In this document: positions 52,143 through 60,783 of the stretch, piece by piece | How positions within the stretch are numbered: position 1 is the first letter of the stretch | Layout of the letters: every line of letters begins with the position of its first letter | Assembly: GCA_039028895.1 (NCBI GenBank) | Contig: JBCCHF010000013.1 | Coordinates: 4,360-68,359 of the forward strand | Reading direction: 5' to 3' | Source of the DNA: Bacteroidota bacterium | GTDB lineage: Bacteria; Bacteroidota; Bacteroidia; Chitinophagales; Saprospiraceae | Length of the DNA: 64,000 bases | The notes under the pieces: model-generated | Database searches by the model: none | What the model saw: only the letters and a program-made list of their open reading frames with translations | What the model was told of the DNA's origin: nothing | Translations under genes and position numbers: made by a program

Positions 52143-52961
52143 ATGGATCTTTTTTCTGTCAAGGTTGGCTGGTATGATGCAAAATGTCGTTTGTTTAAAT
52201 GGTATCGAACGGTGAAAAACCGCTTTTCGCCTCCCAAATTATCCAAATTTTTATTCATTTTATGCCCACCGTATAGCGGATCAACCCTTTTACACGAAAT
52301 CATCTGCACTTCTCCTGTTGTCAGTCCCAACAATGTCTTTGGAACAAGAGAAGGACAGAGTCTTCCCGAAGTTCGCCGATTAATTGAATATACGAAAAGG
52401 TGGGAGCCAGAATATCCATACCCCTGGGAAGCCATAAAAGCTGCCTGGATGCCCTATTGGGAACACAGCAAATTGCTATTGCTTGATAAAAGTCCACCTA
52501 ATACATTTCGCGCGAAAGCTATTCAACATCATTTTGATCCTTCTGTTTTTATTGTGTTGACTCGTAATCCTTACGTATTATGCGAGTCGCTGATGCGTAA
52601 GAACAAATTATCCGCTGGCGAATCGGCAGGTATTGTCGTTCGTTTTCTGACGTATCAAAAAATGAATCTTGAACAATTGTCAGAAACCTTACTGATCAGG
52701 TATGAAGATCTGGTCGCCCACCCTGATTCTATTAAAGAGAACCTACTCGGTTTCCTGCCAGAATTATCGGCGATAAGTGTTCATAAAAAATTTAAAGGCC
52801 ACAACAAGGACAAGCAAAAGATACCAGTTACGGATTTAAATATTGGAAAAATTGAAAAGATCAAGGACCAGGAAATGGAGGAGATAAACGCAGTTTTTTC
52901 GCTTTACGGGGCATTGTTTTCCTATTTCAGTTATACCCTAATTCACGAAGCCGATCGATAA
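52143..52961 (+). CDS. Sulfotransferase-family protein
   Basis: 272 aa. The 5'-PSB-like loop FILCPPYSGSTLLHEI (P-x-x-G-S-T) and 3'-PB-like VLTRNPY fit PAPS-dependent sulfotransferases. Confidence 0.6.
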   Translation: MDLFSVKVGWYDAKCRLFKWYRTVKNRFSPPKLSKFLFILCPPYSGSTLLHEIICTSPVVSPNNVFGTREGQSLPEVRRLIEYTKRWEPEYPYPWEAIKAAWMPYWEHSKLLLLDKSPPNTFRAKAIQHHFDPSVFIVLTRNPYVLCESLMRKNKLSAGESAGIVVRFLTYQKMNLEQLSETLLIRYEDLVAHPDSIKENLLGFLPELSAISVHKKFKGHNKDKQKIPVTDLNIGKIEKIKDQEMEEINAVFSLYGALFSYFSYTLIHEADR

Positions 52962-53976
52962 CCTCATTGCCTATGATTGTCTGGCCAAAAGAATTTAGGT
53001 GAGGGTCATTTCCATAAAAGACCGGTGAGATTCTTTCTGCTTTTTGGAGTACAGGAAGTGTATTGATCATACTCAACCCTGGTCTTTCAAGTTTTGCTGA
53101 GAGCCTTTCCAGAAAAGGATAAATGATTTGCTGGTGATTTAGTTGTTCTTCAAATTTTGCCCCGATCTTCTCCATATTTGATTGGTACTGTGCACTAACT
53201 TGCGCACAATGCGGAATGACAACTATCAGAATGTTCTTCCCTGTGTCTACTTTATCTGTCAGGTCTTTTACTTTTTTAGCGTAAGCTTCAAAATCCTTTT
53301 CTCTCTTTCCGGACAGAAATACAGAATTACTGATTAATCGGGGTTCAGTCTGAAACTGTAACTTCACGCGTCTTGAATAAGTTGCAGGGTCATAATCAGC
53401 TAATGTTTTTGGATCAAATTCGACAGGAGAAGTATTTGCTACAGTTTGTCTGATGGCTGGCATCTTGGCGTTGATATATCCGATGACCCAGAGTCGATCG
53501 CTCAGCCACCAGTATACTTTTCGAATAGTAGAAATTGAGCTGCCTTTTGTCCTGTGTTTATATTCAAACAAGTCGTTGCCTACGTAAACCTGGTAGATAA
53601 CAACTCCAGGATCTACCTTTCGGAACCTTTTTCTGGCCATTAAACCCGATTGCTTAATCGTTGTTCCAGGCACAGCAGCATTAAAAACCCGGGTGTTTAA
53701 CAAACTGTCACGCAGGTGGCCCACATACCCAAGCGGATCGGCTGTAAACGAATCACCCAAGGCCAGCACTTTTGGATCTGAATCTTTCGAATAGGTTAGT
53801 TCATTTGGGTTCAACCCTTTAAAATTACCACCATAAAAATCGAAAATGTAAAGTCGGTAACAAGCTTCCAGCAAAAGGAGGACGGTAACACACAAAAAAC
53901 CGAAGTAAAGTATTACCCGAAAAAGCTTTTTAGCGCCTTTTTTTAAAAATGATGCCGGAAAATCCTGATTTTGCAT
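52927..53976 (-). CDS. Membrane-anchored SGNH/GDSL-family hydrolase-like protein
   Basis: 349 aa with an N-terminal TM helix. Block I is KVLALGDSFTADP and block V-like is GNDPHLNSFG. Its 3' end overlaps the sulfotransferase 3' end by 35 nt. Confidence 0.6.
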   Translation of the reverse strand: MQNQDFPASFLKKGAKKLFRVILYFGFLCVTVLLLLEACYRLYIFDFYGGNFKGLNPNELTYSKDSDPKVLALGDSFTADPLGYVGHLRDSLLNTRVFNAAVPGTTIKQSGLMARKRFRKVDPGVVIYQVYVGNDLFEYKHRTKGSSISTIRKVYWWLSDRLWVIGYINAKMPAIRQTVANTSPVEFDPKTLADYDPATYSRRVKLQFQTEPRLISNSVFLSGKREKDFEAYAKKVKDLTDKVDTGKNILIVVIPHCAQVSAQYQSNMEKIGAKFEEQLNHQQIIYPFLERLSAKLERPGLSMINTLPVLQKAERISPVFYGNDPHLNSFGQTIIGNEVIDRLRELGYN

Positions 53977-54008
53977 GCCTGAAATTAAGGAATTACCCTA
54001 ATCGGTTG

Positions 54009-55067
54009 ATGAAAAAACAGGATGAAAGACATATCCTTTGGCTGACGCCAGGTTTCCCGGTTGATGAATCAGATACAAGATGTATACCGCCACTTCAATC
54101 TTTGGCTATTGGTTTGCGTGATTGTTCTGGGGTGCGGCTGACTATCATTTCTTTACACTATCCATTTGAAAAAAAACGGTATTTGTGGAATGATATCCCC
54201 GTGCATGCATGCGGGGCAAGTAATCGACCACTTGTCCTTCGATTGCCGATCTGGAAAAAAGTGATAGACATCGCAAAGGCTATAAACAAGGAACATCCAA
54301 TTGATCAAATCCATTCATTCTGGCTGTCGGAATGTGCGTGGCTGGGTCAAAAACTCCATCACCGATTTTCAAAACCCCATTTGGTCACCCTAATGGGGCA
54401 GGAAGGGCTAAAAGGAAATGTTTACGAGCCCTGGATACATCTTGAAAAATTAAAAATTGCGGCCATCTCGCCATACCAGTTTGCATTATTCGAGAAAAGA
54501 AAAAAAAGAAAACCTGACCATATCATCCCATGGGGAATAGACCGGGAAAACTTACCCCTTTTGGGGAATGCTGAACGTGAAATAGACATTTTAGGGGTTG
54601 GTTCGTTGATAGCGCTTAAAGACTTTAAGACTTTTATTCGGATTGTGGCAAACATGAAAAAAGAAAAGCCAGATCTCAAATGTGCTTTGGTTGGTGATGG
54701 GGTGGAAAAAAAAGAATTGGAAAAAATGGCTAATGATCTTGGACTTGCAGATTGCCTGAAATTTCACGGCTTGGTTTCCAGGGAAATGGTTTTTCGGTTA
54801 ATGGCAAAAAGTCGTTGCTTGTTGCATCCGTCTCAATATGAGTCATTTGGAATGGTTTTTTTGGAAGCGTTGGCCTCTGGAATGCATATTGTCTCTCGAG
54901 AAATTGGCATTGCCCGTAAAATGGACCAATGGACAATTGGTGACAACTTGGAAGAATTAGAAGCAGGAGTCAAGAAAATTTTGGGAAAAACTAACCAATC
55001 TTCCGTAATTTTATTCGATCAGGAATCAACGGTAAAAACCTATGTCGATCTTTACCGTATAATGTAA
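54009..55067 (+). CDS. GT4-family (GT-B fold) glycosyltransferase
   Basis: The ORF is 53949..55067. The Met at 54009 (MKKQDERHILWLTPGFP) is preferred. E-x7-E region: QYESFGMVFLEALASGMHIV. Confidence 0.8.
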   Translation: MKKQDERHILWLTPGFPVDESDTRCIPPLQSLAIGLRDCSGVRLTIISLHYPFEKKRYLWNDIPVHACGASNRPLVLRLPIWKKVIDIAKAINKEHPIDQIHSFWLSECAWLGQKLHHRFSKPHLVTLMGQEGLKGNVYEPWIHLEKLKIAAISPYQFALFEKRKKRKPDHIIPWGIDRENLPLLGNAEREIDILGVGSLIALKDFKTFIRIVANMKKEKPDLKCALVGDGVEKKELEKMANDLGLADCLKFHGLVSREMVFRLMAKSRCLLHPSQYESFGMVFLEALASGMHIVSREIGIARKMDQWTIGDNLEELEAGVKKILGKTNQSSVILFDQESTVKTYVDLYRIM

Positions 55068-56617
55068 TGAAACATAGCCGGGCCATTAATCCGGTGCCTC
55101 ATTTTATGAAAGTCATTCTCTTCAACCCCAGGTCTGCGTACGCCAAGCACCGGATACCGAACAGTATTCTACAGGTTGGAGCGTCTATTCATGATAAATA
55201 TGATTATGTTTTCGTAGACGGTAACCGTGAAGAAGATCCCTGGGTGAAGATTAAAAGTTATCTTGATACTGGAGAATATAAGGTTTTCGGAACCACAGTA
55301 ATGCCTGGGCCTCAATTGTCGCAAGCTATTCCATACGCAAAAAAGGTAAGAGAGCAATACCCAGGTGTGTTCAATATCTGGGGTGGTTATTTTGCTGCCA
55401 ATCAACATAAGGTTGTGCTTAACTCAGGGTTTGTTGATTTTGTAGTTAATGGCCCTGGCGACAAGGCATTCCCTGAATTGCTGGATGCCATAAATGACAA
55501 TAAACCTTATGAGTTTATCTCCAATCTGATTTATAAGACCGCGGAAGGTGCTATCGTCAAAACTAATAAAAACGCATTGCTTGACCAGGATGCTTTACCA
55601 AGATTGCCCTACACTTACCTTGAGCAATTCTACCCAATCAAGGATTACCTGGGGAAGACGTTTATGGGCTCAAAAACCATTTCTTATCATTCCAGCATTG
55701 GTTGTCCGTTCAAGTGCTCATTTTGTGCTGTAGTACCGATTTACGAAGCACGCTGGCGCGGCAAATCAGCTCAGAATATCTACGCTGATATCTCAATGCT
55801 GCGCGAAAAGTATGGTGCCAATGCTATTGAGTTTCATGACAATAATTTTTTCGTTTCCGAAAAACGGGTAGCAGAATTCTCCAGACTGATCATGAATGAT
55901 AATATGCAATGGTGGGGAGAGGGCAGAATAGATACGATCGACAGATACAGTGATGAGTCACTTGAACTCATGCGAAAAGCAGGATGTCGAATGATCTTTT
56001 TTGGAGCGGAAAGCGGTAACGACGAGATATTAAAGCAAATGGACAAAGGCGGAAAACAGACTGCCGCCCAGATCAAAGCATTTGCCGCAAGGCTGAAAAA
56101 GTTTGATATCGTTCCTGAATACTCCTTTGTACTGGGAATGCCAGCCAAAACTCCAGAAAAAGTAATGGCCCAGATCGATGCCGATATCAATTTTATTAAA
56201 CAGATCAAGGCAATCAATCCAAATACGGAAATTATCATTTACGTTTACAGTCCGGTACCTACAGAGGGTTCCGAGCTTTACAAAAGGATAACAGAAGCAG
56301 GTTTCAGTTTTCCAGTCAAACTTGAAGACTGGCTTGAACCGGCATGGGCAAATTTCGACCTACGAAAAAATCCATTAACACCATGGCTTACCCCGGAAAT
56401 GGTAGATAAGATCAAAGATTTTGAGACCGTTCTCAATGCATTTTACCCAACGGCATCCGATTTTAAATTAAGCGGTTTCCAAAAGAAAGTCATGAAGACC
56501 TTGTCTGGTTTCCGTTACCGGAATAATATCTTCAAATACCCTTACGAACTCAAAGCACTTCAAAAATACTGGTTAAAGTATCGTCAACCCGAAATCGAAG
56601 GCTTCTATGCTGAGTAG
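55067..56617 (+). CDS. B12-binding-domain radical SAM enzyme (rSAM-3)
   Basis: 516 aa. TAATG overlap with the GT4 stop (alternative Met at 55106, MKVILFNPRS). Cluster C213/C217/C220 (SSIGCPFKCSFCAV; tgt 55703..55705). Confidence 0.85.
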   Translation: MKHSRAINPVPHFMKVILFNPRSAYAKHRIPNSILQVGASIHDKYDYVFVDGNREEDPWVKIKSYLDTGEYKVFGTTVMPGPQLSQAIPYAKKVREQYPGVFNIWGGYFAANQHKVVLNSGFVDFVVNGPGDKAFPELLDAINDNKPYEFISNLIYKTAEGAIVKTNKNALLDQDALPRLPYTYLEQFYPIKDYLGKTFMGSKTISYHSSIGCPFKCSFCAVVPIYEARWRGKSAQNIYADISMLREKYGANAIEFHDNNFFVSEKRVAEFSRLIMNDNMQWWGEGRIDTIDRYSDESLELMRKAGCRMIFFGAESGNDEILKQMDKGGKQTAAQIKAFAARLKKFDIVPEYSFVLGMPAKTPEKVMAQIDADINFIKQIKAINPNTEIIIYVYSPVPTEGSELYKRITEAGFSFPVKLEDWLEPAWANFDLRKNPLTPWLTPEMVDKIKDFETVLNAFYPTASDFKLSGFQKKVMKTLSGFRYRNNIFKYPYELKALQKYWLKYRQPEIEGFYAE

Positions 56618-57296
56618 CAAAACAAGGACTACCTGGCGAAACAGGCTAAAAAGAATTGTTTTCCCCATCCTCGAAAAATGGTATCAAGGCTATAGTCAGA
56701 AAGAACGCACCTACAAATTCAAAGGATTGCGGGTAACCGTTCCGCCGACGGTGTTCCATCCGGGAGTATTTTTAAGTACGAAGATCTTTGCCAATTTCCT
56801 TGATAAGCTCGAGCTTCATGGTGCGAAGTTACTTGAACTGGGCTGTGGCAGTGGGCTATTGTCATTATATGCCTCCAAACGAGGCGCTGAAGTTACGGCA
56901 ACCGACATTAATCCGATCGCCATTAACGGATTAATCCACAGTAGTATCCAGAATGGTTTGAACATAGCGGCTCTTGAATCCGACTTGTTTGCGGACATTC
57001 CTGTTCAAATATTTGATTACATCCTGATCAATCCACCATACTACCCCAAAACACCAACCAGTTATAAGGAGCGTGCTTTTTATTGTGGGGTAGATTTCGA
57101 ATATTTCCACGCCCTCTTCCTTCAAATGCCTGCTTATATAAAAGAAGATTCAGAGGTGTACATGATCTTGTCAGAAGATTGTGATATTGAAAAAATTCTT
57201 CATATCGCTAAGGACAATAAATTCGAATTCAAGGAGGTACATCGCCAATCCAGGCGATGGGAAATGAATTATGTTTTTCAGCTGAGCTTCTGTTGA
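56607..57296 (+). CDS. NPPY-motif SAM methyltransferase (HemK/PrmC / RsmC-like small-domain type)
   Basis: 229 aa, with an 11-nt overlap with rSAM-3. Motif I is LLELGCGSGLLSLYASKRGAEVTATDIN. Motif IV is ILINPPYYP. Confidence 0.75.
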   Translation: MLSSKTRTTWRNRLKRIVFPILEKWYQGYSQKERTYKFKGLRVTVPPTVFHPGVFLSTKIFANFLDKLELHGAKLLELGCGSGLLSLYASKRGAEVTATDINPIAINGLIHSSIQNGLNIAALESDLFADIPVQIFDYILINPPYYPKTPTSYKERAFYCGVDFEYFHALFLQMPAYIKEDSEVYMILSEDCDIEKILHIAKDNKFEFKEVHRQSRRWEMNYVFQLSFC

Positions 57297-58696
57297 GGCA
57301 CCAGTTTTTCGTAAACCAGTTTTTCAATCGGCATAGCAAAGAAATTCATCTTGCATCTCAGTTGTGCTATGGCTTGTAATGGCTTGGTTAGAATATTCTG
57401 TCTTCTGCCTGCTACCTTGTTGTAAAACTTGAAGCGCTCAATCAACTCAAACTTGGCTTTACTGACCCACGGACCAGAGGACCCGATGTAATCGAAATCG
57501 GACCATTCACTAAGCGTTTGTGGTAGTTGATAACCTTTAGCGACAACATCCTGAGTGATCTTTGAGCCGGGATAAGGCTTAAAGTAGAAAATAGGTGTAG
57601 TAAAGAGCGGATGCATGGAGTTAAGCTCCAGCGCAGTTTTTAAGGTCGACCGGACACTATCTTCCGATTCACCAGGAAATCCAACAATAAAAGGGAAAAT
57701 AACGGCAATATCTCTTTCAGCACACCGTCGTGCCGTATCGTAGACCTGTTCAATCTTGATATCTTTCATGAGCCAGTCCATCATCTCCTGTGAGCCAGAC
57801 TCCACGCCTACCAACACTCTGCGTAGTCCTGACTTTTTACATAAGTCAAATTCTTCCTCCTTGAGGCGGAACCCCTGGTCGGCACGCATGGTCCCTGCCC
57901 AGGTAGTTTGGAGGTTTCGATTAATGAATTCTTCGGAAATGGCGACTACACGTTTTCTTTTGGTAAAGAAAGTCTCATCCTGAAAATTGATATCTGTGAA
58001 GTTGAATTTTTTCTTCCAGAACTCAAGTTCTTCACCCATCCTTTCCGGTTGGAGAGCCGTCCAGCCTCTTTTATACACAAAAGGGTCAGCACAAAATGTA
58101 CATCTGAATCGGCAACCGGCAGATGAGATATAATCGAATTGCCGGTTTTTCTTGAATTTGAAATAATTCTCAACTTTTATCAGGTCATAATTTACCGTAG
58201 GGAAAAAGTTAACATCTTGTAGGGGTCTTCCCAGGTTTTTAACGATCCCACCATCTGCATTGCGATAAGTAATACCTTTTACATCATCAAATTCACCACC
58301 TTCAGCGACTCGATTTACGATTTCAACAAAAGTCTCTTCTCCCTGGGCTTGCACGCTAATGTCGATAGCGGGTTCATCCCTTAGTGTTTCTGTCGGGAAA
58401 AGGGATGGATGCCATCCGCCCCATACGATTGTTAAACTTGGGAATTTGGCTTTTACTGCCCGGGTAACTTTTACAGCATCTTTTAAAGGAGCACCTGTAA
58501 GTGCTGTTACACCGAAACAAATAGCATCATCACAGGCTTCCAGCACTTTTTTCAACGGTGATTTGTCGACGCGGCCGTCTACTATTATGACTTCATACCG
58601 TTTTGGGTCAAGGCAAGACCCAATTGCCAGTAAAGCCAACGGCATATCATAAAATACCGAAACTGGATTATAGAGGACTACTTTCTTTTTCGTCAT
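57278..58696 (-). CDS. B12-binding-domain radical SAM enzyme (rSAM-4, paralogue of rSAM-3)
   Basis: 472 aa. N-terminus KKVVLYNPVSVFYDMPLALLAIG...VIIVDGR parallels rSAM-3. Cluster SSAGCRFRCTFCADP. Its 3' end overlaps the NPPY methyltransferase by 19 nt. Confidence 0.85.
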   Translation of the reverse strand: MTKKKVVLYNPVSVFYDMPLALLAIGSCLDPKRYEVIIVDGRVDKSPLKKVLEACDDAICFGVTALTGAPLKDAVKVTRAVKAKFPSLTIVWGGWHPSLFPTETLRDEPAIDISVQAQGEETFVEIVNRVAEGGEFDDVKGITYRNADGGIVKNLGRPLQDVNFFPTVNYDLIKVENYFKFKKNRQFDYISSAGCRFRCTFCADPFVYKRGWTALQPERMGEELEFWKKKFNFTDINFQDETFFTKRKRVVAISEEFINRNLQTTWAGTMRADQGFRLKEEEFDLCKKSGLRRVLVGVESGSQEMMDWLMKDIKIEQVYDTARRCAERDIAVIFPFIVGFPGESEDSVRSTLKTALELNSMHPLFTTPIFYFKPYPGSKITQDVVAKGYQLPQTLSEWSDFDYIGSSGPWVSKAKFELIERFKFYNKVAGRRQNILTKPLQAIAQLRCKMNFFAMPIEKLVYEKLVPQQKLS

Positions 58697-58823
58697 GGAA
58701 GGCGCTTAAAGATGAAAGGTACGAACTTTAGAGGAATAAGGGTAAATCCCAGTTTCAAAATGGCCGAAATAGTTATTAGATTTTAAACAATAAACAGCAT
58801 GCTGGAACATTTGTTTTTGAAAT

Positions 58824-59663
58824 TTAAAATTCCCAGCTTAACCTGGTCAGGCCTAGTCCAGTATCAAGTTTAACATTTGCTTTTTTGCGATGTTTCTGGG
58901 CTACTTTTTTGTGAATGGTAGGAATGAAATATCCAACTGCTCCGCCAATAAGGTAACCTGCAATGACATCAGTGTAGAAGTGTTTTCCGGCAGCAACGCG
59001 CATTCCGGCAACAGTGGCAGGTACTGCAGCAGCGAGTCCCCAAACTACATAACGCCATTTGGAGTCTGGGTGATAATCGGCAAAAAGTCTGGCCGAAAAA
59101 AACGACATGGACGACACCATGGCCGTATGCCCTGAAAAGAAGGATACTTTTGCGCCTTTACCATCTTTGAAAGGACTATACGGTACATCAGGATTATAAA
59201 CCAGGGGTCGGGTTCGTTTGAAAGCGCCTTTTGAGAACCTGACCAGGGCTTCTGTCATAAATAGAGTTTCCGCAGTCAATGCACCAAGAACCAGAAAATC
59301 CTTTCTCATTTTATTGTCAGCCAAAACAAATATGACAGGGTAAAGTGGTGCAGTATTCAAAAACCAATCGCTGACATCAGCAATGCTTTCATTGAAAAAA
59401 CCAGTTACACCCCGATCAAAAGGATTGATATCCATAGGGTCGAGGTCGGCAATATCCATCTCTGTCAGTGGCATTATCTTTTGGGTGAGACTAATCCCCC
59501 CTAATTCGAAAGCAAGGCTTGTAAAGACAATCGGGATGTCAGCCTGGTAACTTAAACGATATGGAGATTGCTCTTTCTGGGCTGCTGAAATCTGTGGAAT
59601 TAGCCAGATAAACAAAACAAAGAGCAAACTGTATAAGATTGATTTAGACGATAAAAAAGACAT
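58824..59663 (-). CDS. PAP2-family (type 2 phosphatidic acid phosphatase) membrane phosphatase
   Basis: The ORF is 58824..59720. The Met at 59663 begins the signal/TM MSFLSSKSILYSLLFVLFIWLI. PAP2 motifs: KRTRP, FFSGHT, RVAAGKHFYTDV. Confidence 0.8.
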   Translation of the reverse strand: MSFLSSKSILYSLLFVLFIWLIPQISAAQKEQSPYRLSYQADIPIVFTSLAFELGGISLTQKIMPLTEMDIADLDPMDINPFDRGVTGFFNESIADVSDWFLNTAPLYPVIFVLADNKMRKDFLVLGALTAETLFMTEALVRFSKGAFKRTRPLVYNPDVPYSPFKDGKGAKVSFFSGHTAMVSSMSFFSARLFADYHPDSKWRYVVWGLAAAVPATVAGMRVAAGKHFYTDVIAGYLIGGAVGYFIPTIHKKVAQKHRKKANVKLDTGLGLTRLSWEF

Positions 59664-59913
59664 TTTAAATAAATATAATTTGAGTTCATCCTGAATGTAC
59701 AACATATTTTTTTCTTCCATTCAAAAATCGAAAGTTGCCTGATTTTTGCCGGAGTGATAAGTAATTACCTTTTGCCTTAAACAAGGGCATGAAATTCCCA
59801 CTCATATTTTTGACTTGGTAAACCTGAATAACCAGATTTTATTTTCGAAATTAATTGATTTTTAAAAATAAAATTTCGAATCGAAAAATAATTGACATTT
59901 GTACAAAATTTTA

Positions 59914-59945
59914 TTTGCGCTTGAACTTATTAAGTCGTACCTTTG
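59914..59945 (+). promoter_or_regulatory. Possible Bacteroidota-type promoter for the esterase/ATP-grasp operon
   Basis: TTTG at 59914..59917 and TACCTTTG (TAnnTTTG) at 59938..59945, separated by 20 nt. This is the same geometry as the BlaI-upstream promoter. It lies about 55 nt upstream of the GTG start at 60001. Motif match only. Confidence 0.35.
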
Positions 59946-60000
59946 CGGTCTCAAAGCAATGAGCATAGTGTAAATATTACAATTACCTAAAAAAATAACC

Positions 60001-60708
60001 GTGAAAGAGACACATCACAAATGGTATTCACCAACATTGAGCATGGATTTCGAGATGCTTACGTTTGGTCACGCTGGTTACCCTGTAGTTGTTTTCCCAA
60101 CTACAATGGGACGTTATTTTGAGTCGAAGGATTTTAAGTTAATTGATTCTGCAAAATGGTTTTTAGATAATGGCCTGGTGCAAATCTTTTGTCCTGACAG
60201 CATTGACAAACATAGTTGGTACAATAAAGATATCCATCCTGCTGACAGGGTGAAGAATCACATCGTTTACGATCAGATGATCTATAATGAAGTTGTTAAT
60301 AATATCCGTTGGAATACTGGAGCAGGAAAAATAGCTGTTGCAGGTGCCAGTTTCGGCGGTTTTCATGCTGCAAATTTTGCTTTCCGTCATCCTGAAGTTG
60401 TAAGTCATCTGTTTTGTATGAGTGGGGCATTTGATGTCAAATCATTCATGGATGGATACTATGATGACAACGTATATTTTAATAATCCTAACGACTACCT
60501 TACAGGTTTGAATCACCCTGAGTTATGGAATATGAATATTGTCTTGGGAACATCAGACTGGGATATTTGCCTTGATGCAAATCTGCATATGTCTCATCTG
60601 TTAAACCAGAAAAATATCAACCATTGGTTGGATAAGCGTGGATGGAAGCAACACGATTGGCCATTATGGCGTGAAATGTTTCCACATTATTTGTCTTTGA
60701 TTAAATAG
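60001..60708 (+). CDS. Alpha/beta-hydrolase 'putative esterase' family protein
   Basis: 235 aa, GTG start. Nucleophile elbow AVAGASFGG (G-x-S-x-G). HKWYSPTLSMDFEMLTFGHAGYPVVVFP is typical of the esterase-D/enterochelin-esterase-like family. Confidence 0.65.
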   Translation: MKETHHKWYSPTLSMDFEMLTFGHAGYPVVVFPTTMGRYFESKDFKLIDSAKWFLDNGLVQIFCPDSIDKHSWYNKDIHPADRVKNHIVYDQMIYNEVVNNIRWNTGAGKIAVAGASFGGFHAANFAFRHPEVVSHLFCMSGAFDVKSFMDGYYDDNVYFNNPNDYLTGLNHPELWNMNIVLGTSDWDICLDANLHMSHLLNQKNINHWLDKRGWKQHDWPLWREMFPHYLSLIK

Positions 60709-60783
60709 TATTCTGGGTTAGTTATTCAGTGTTCTTTATAGAGTAATTCTGGTAGCTGACAACGAACCACAAAAAAATACAAC

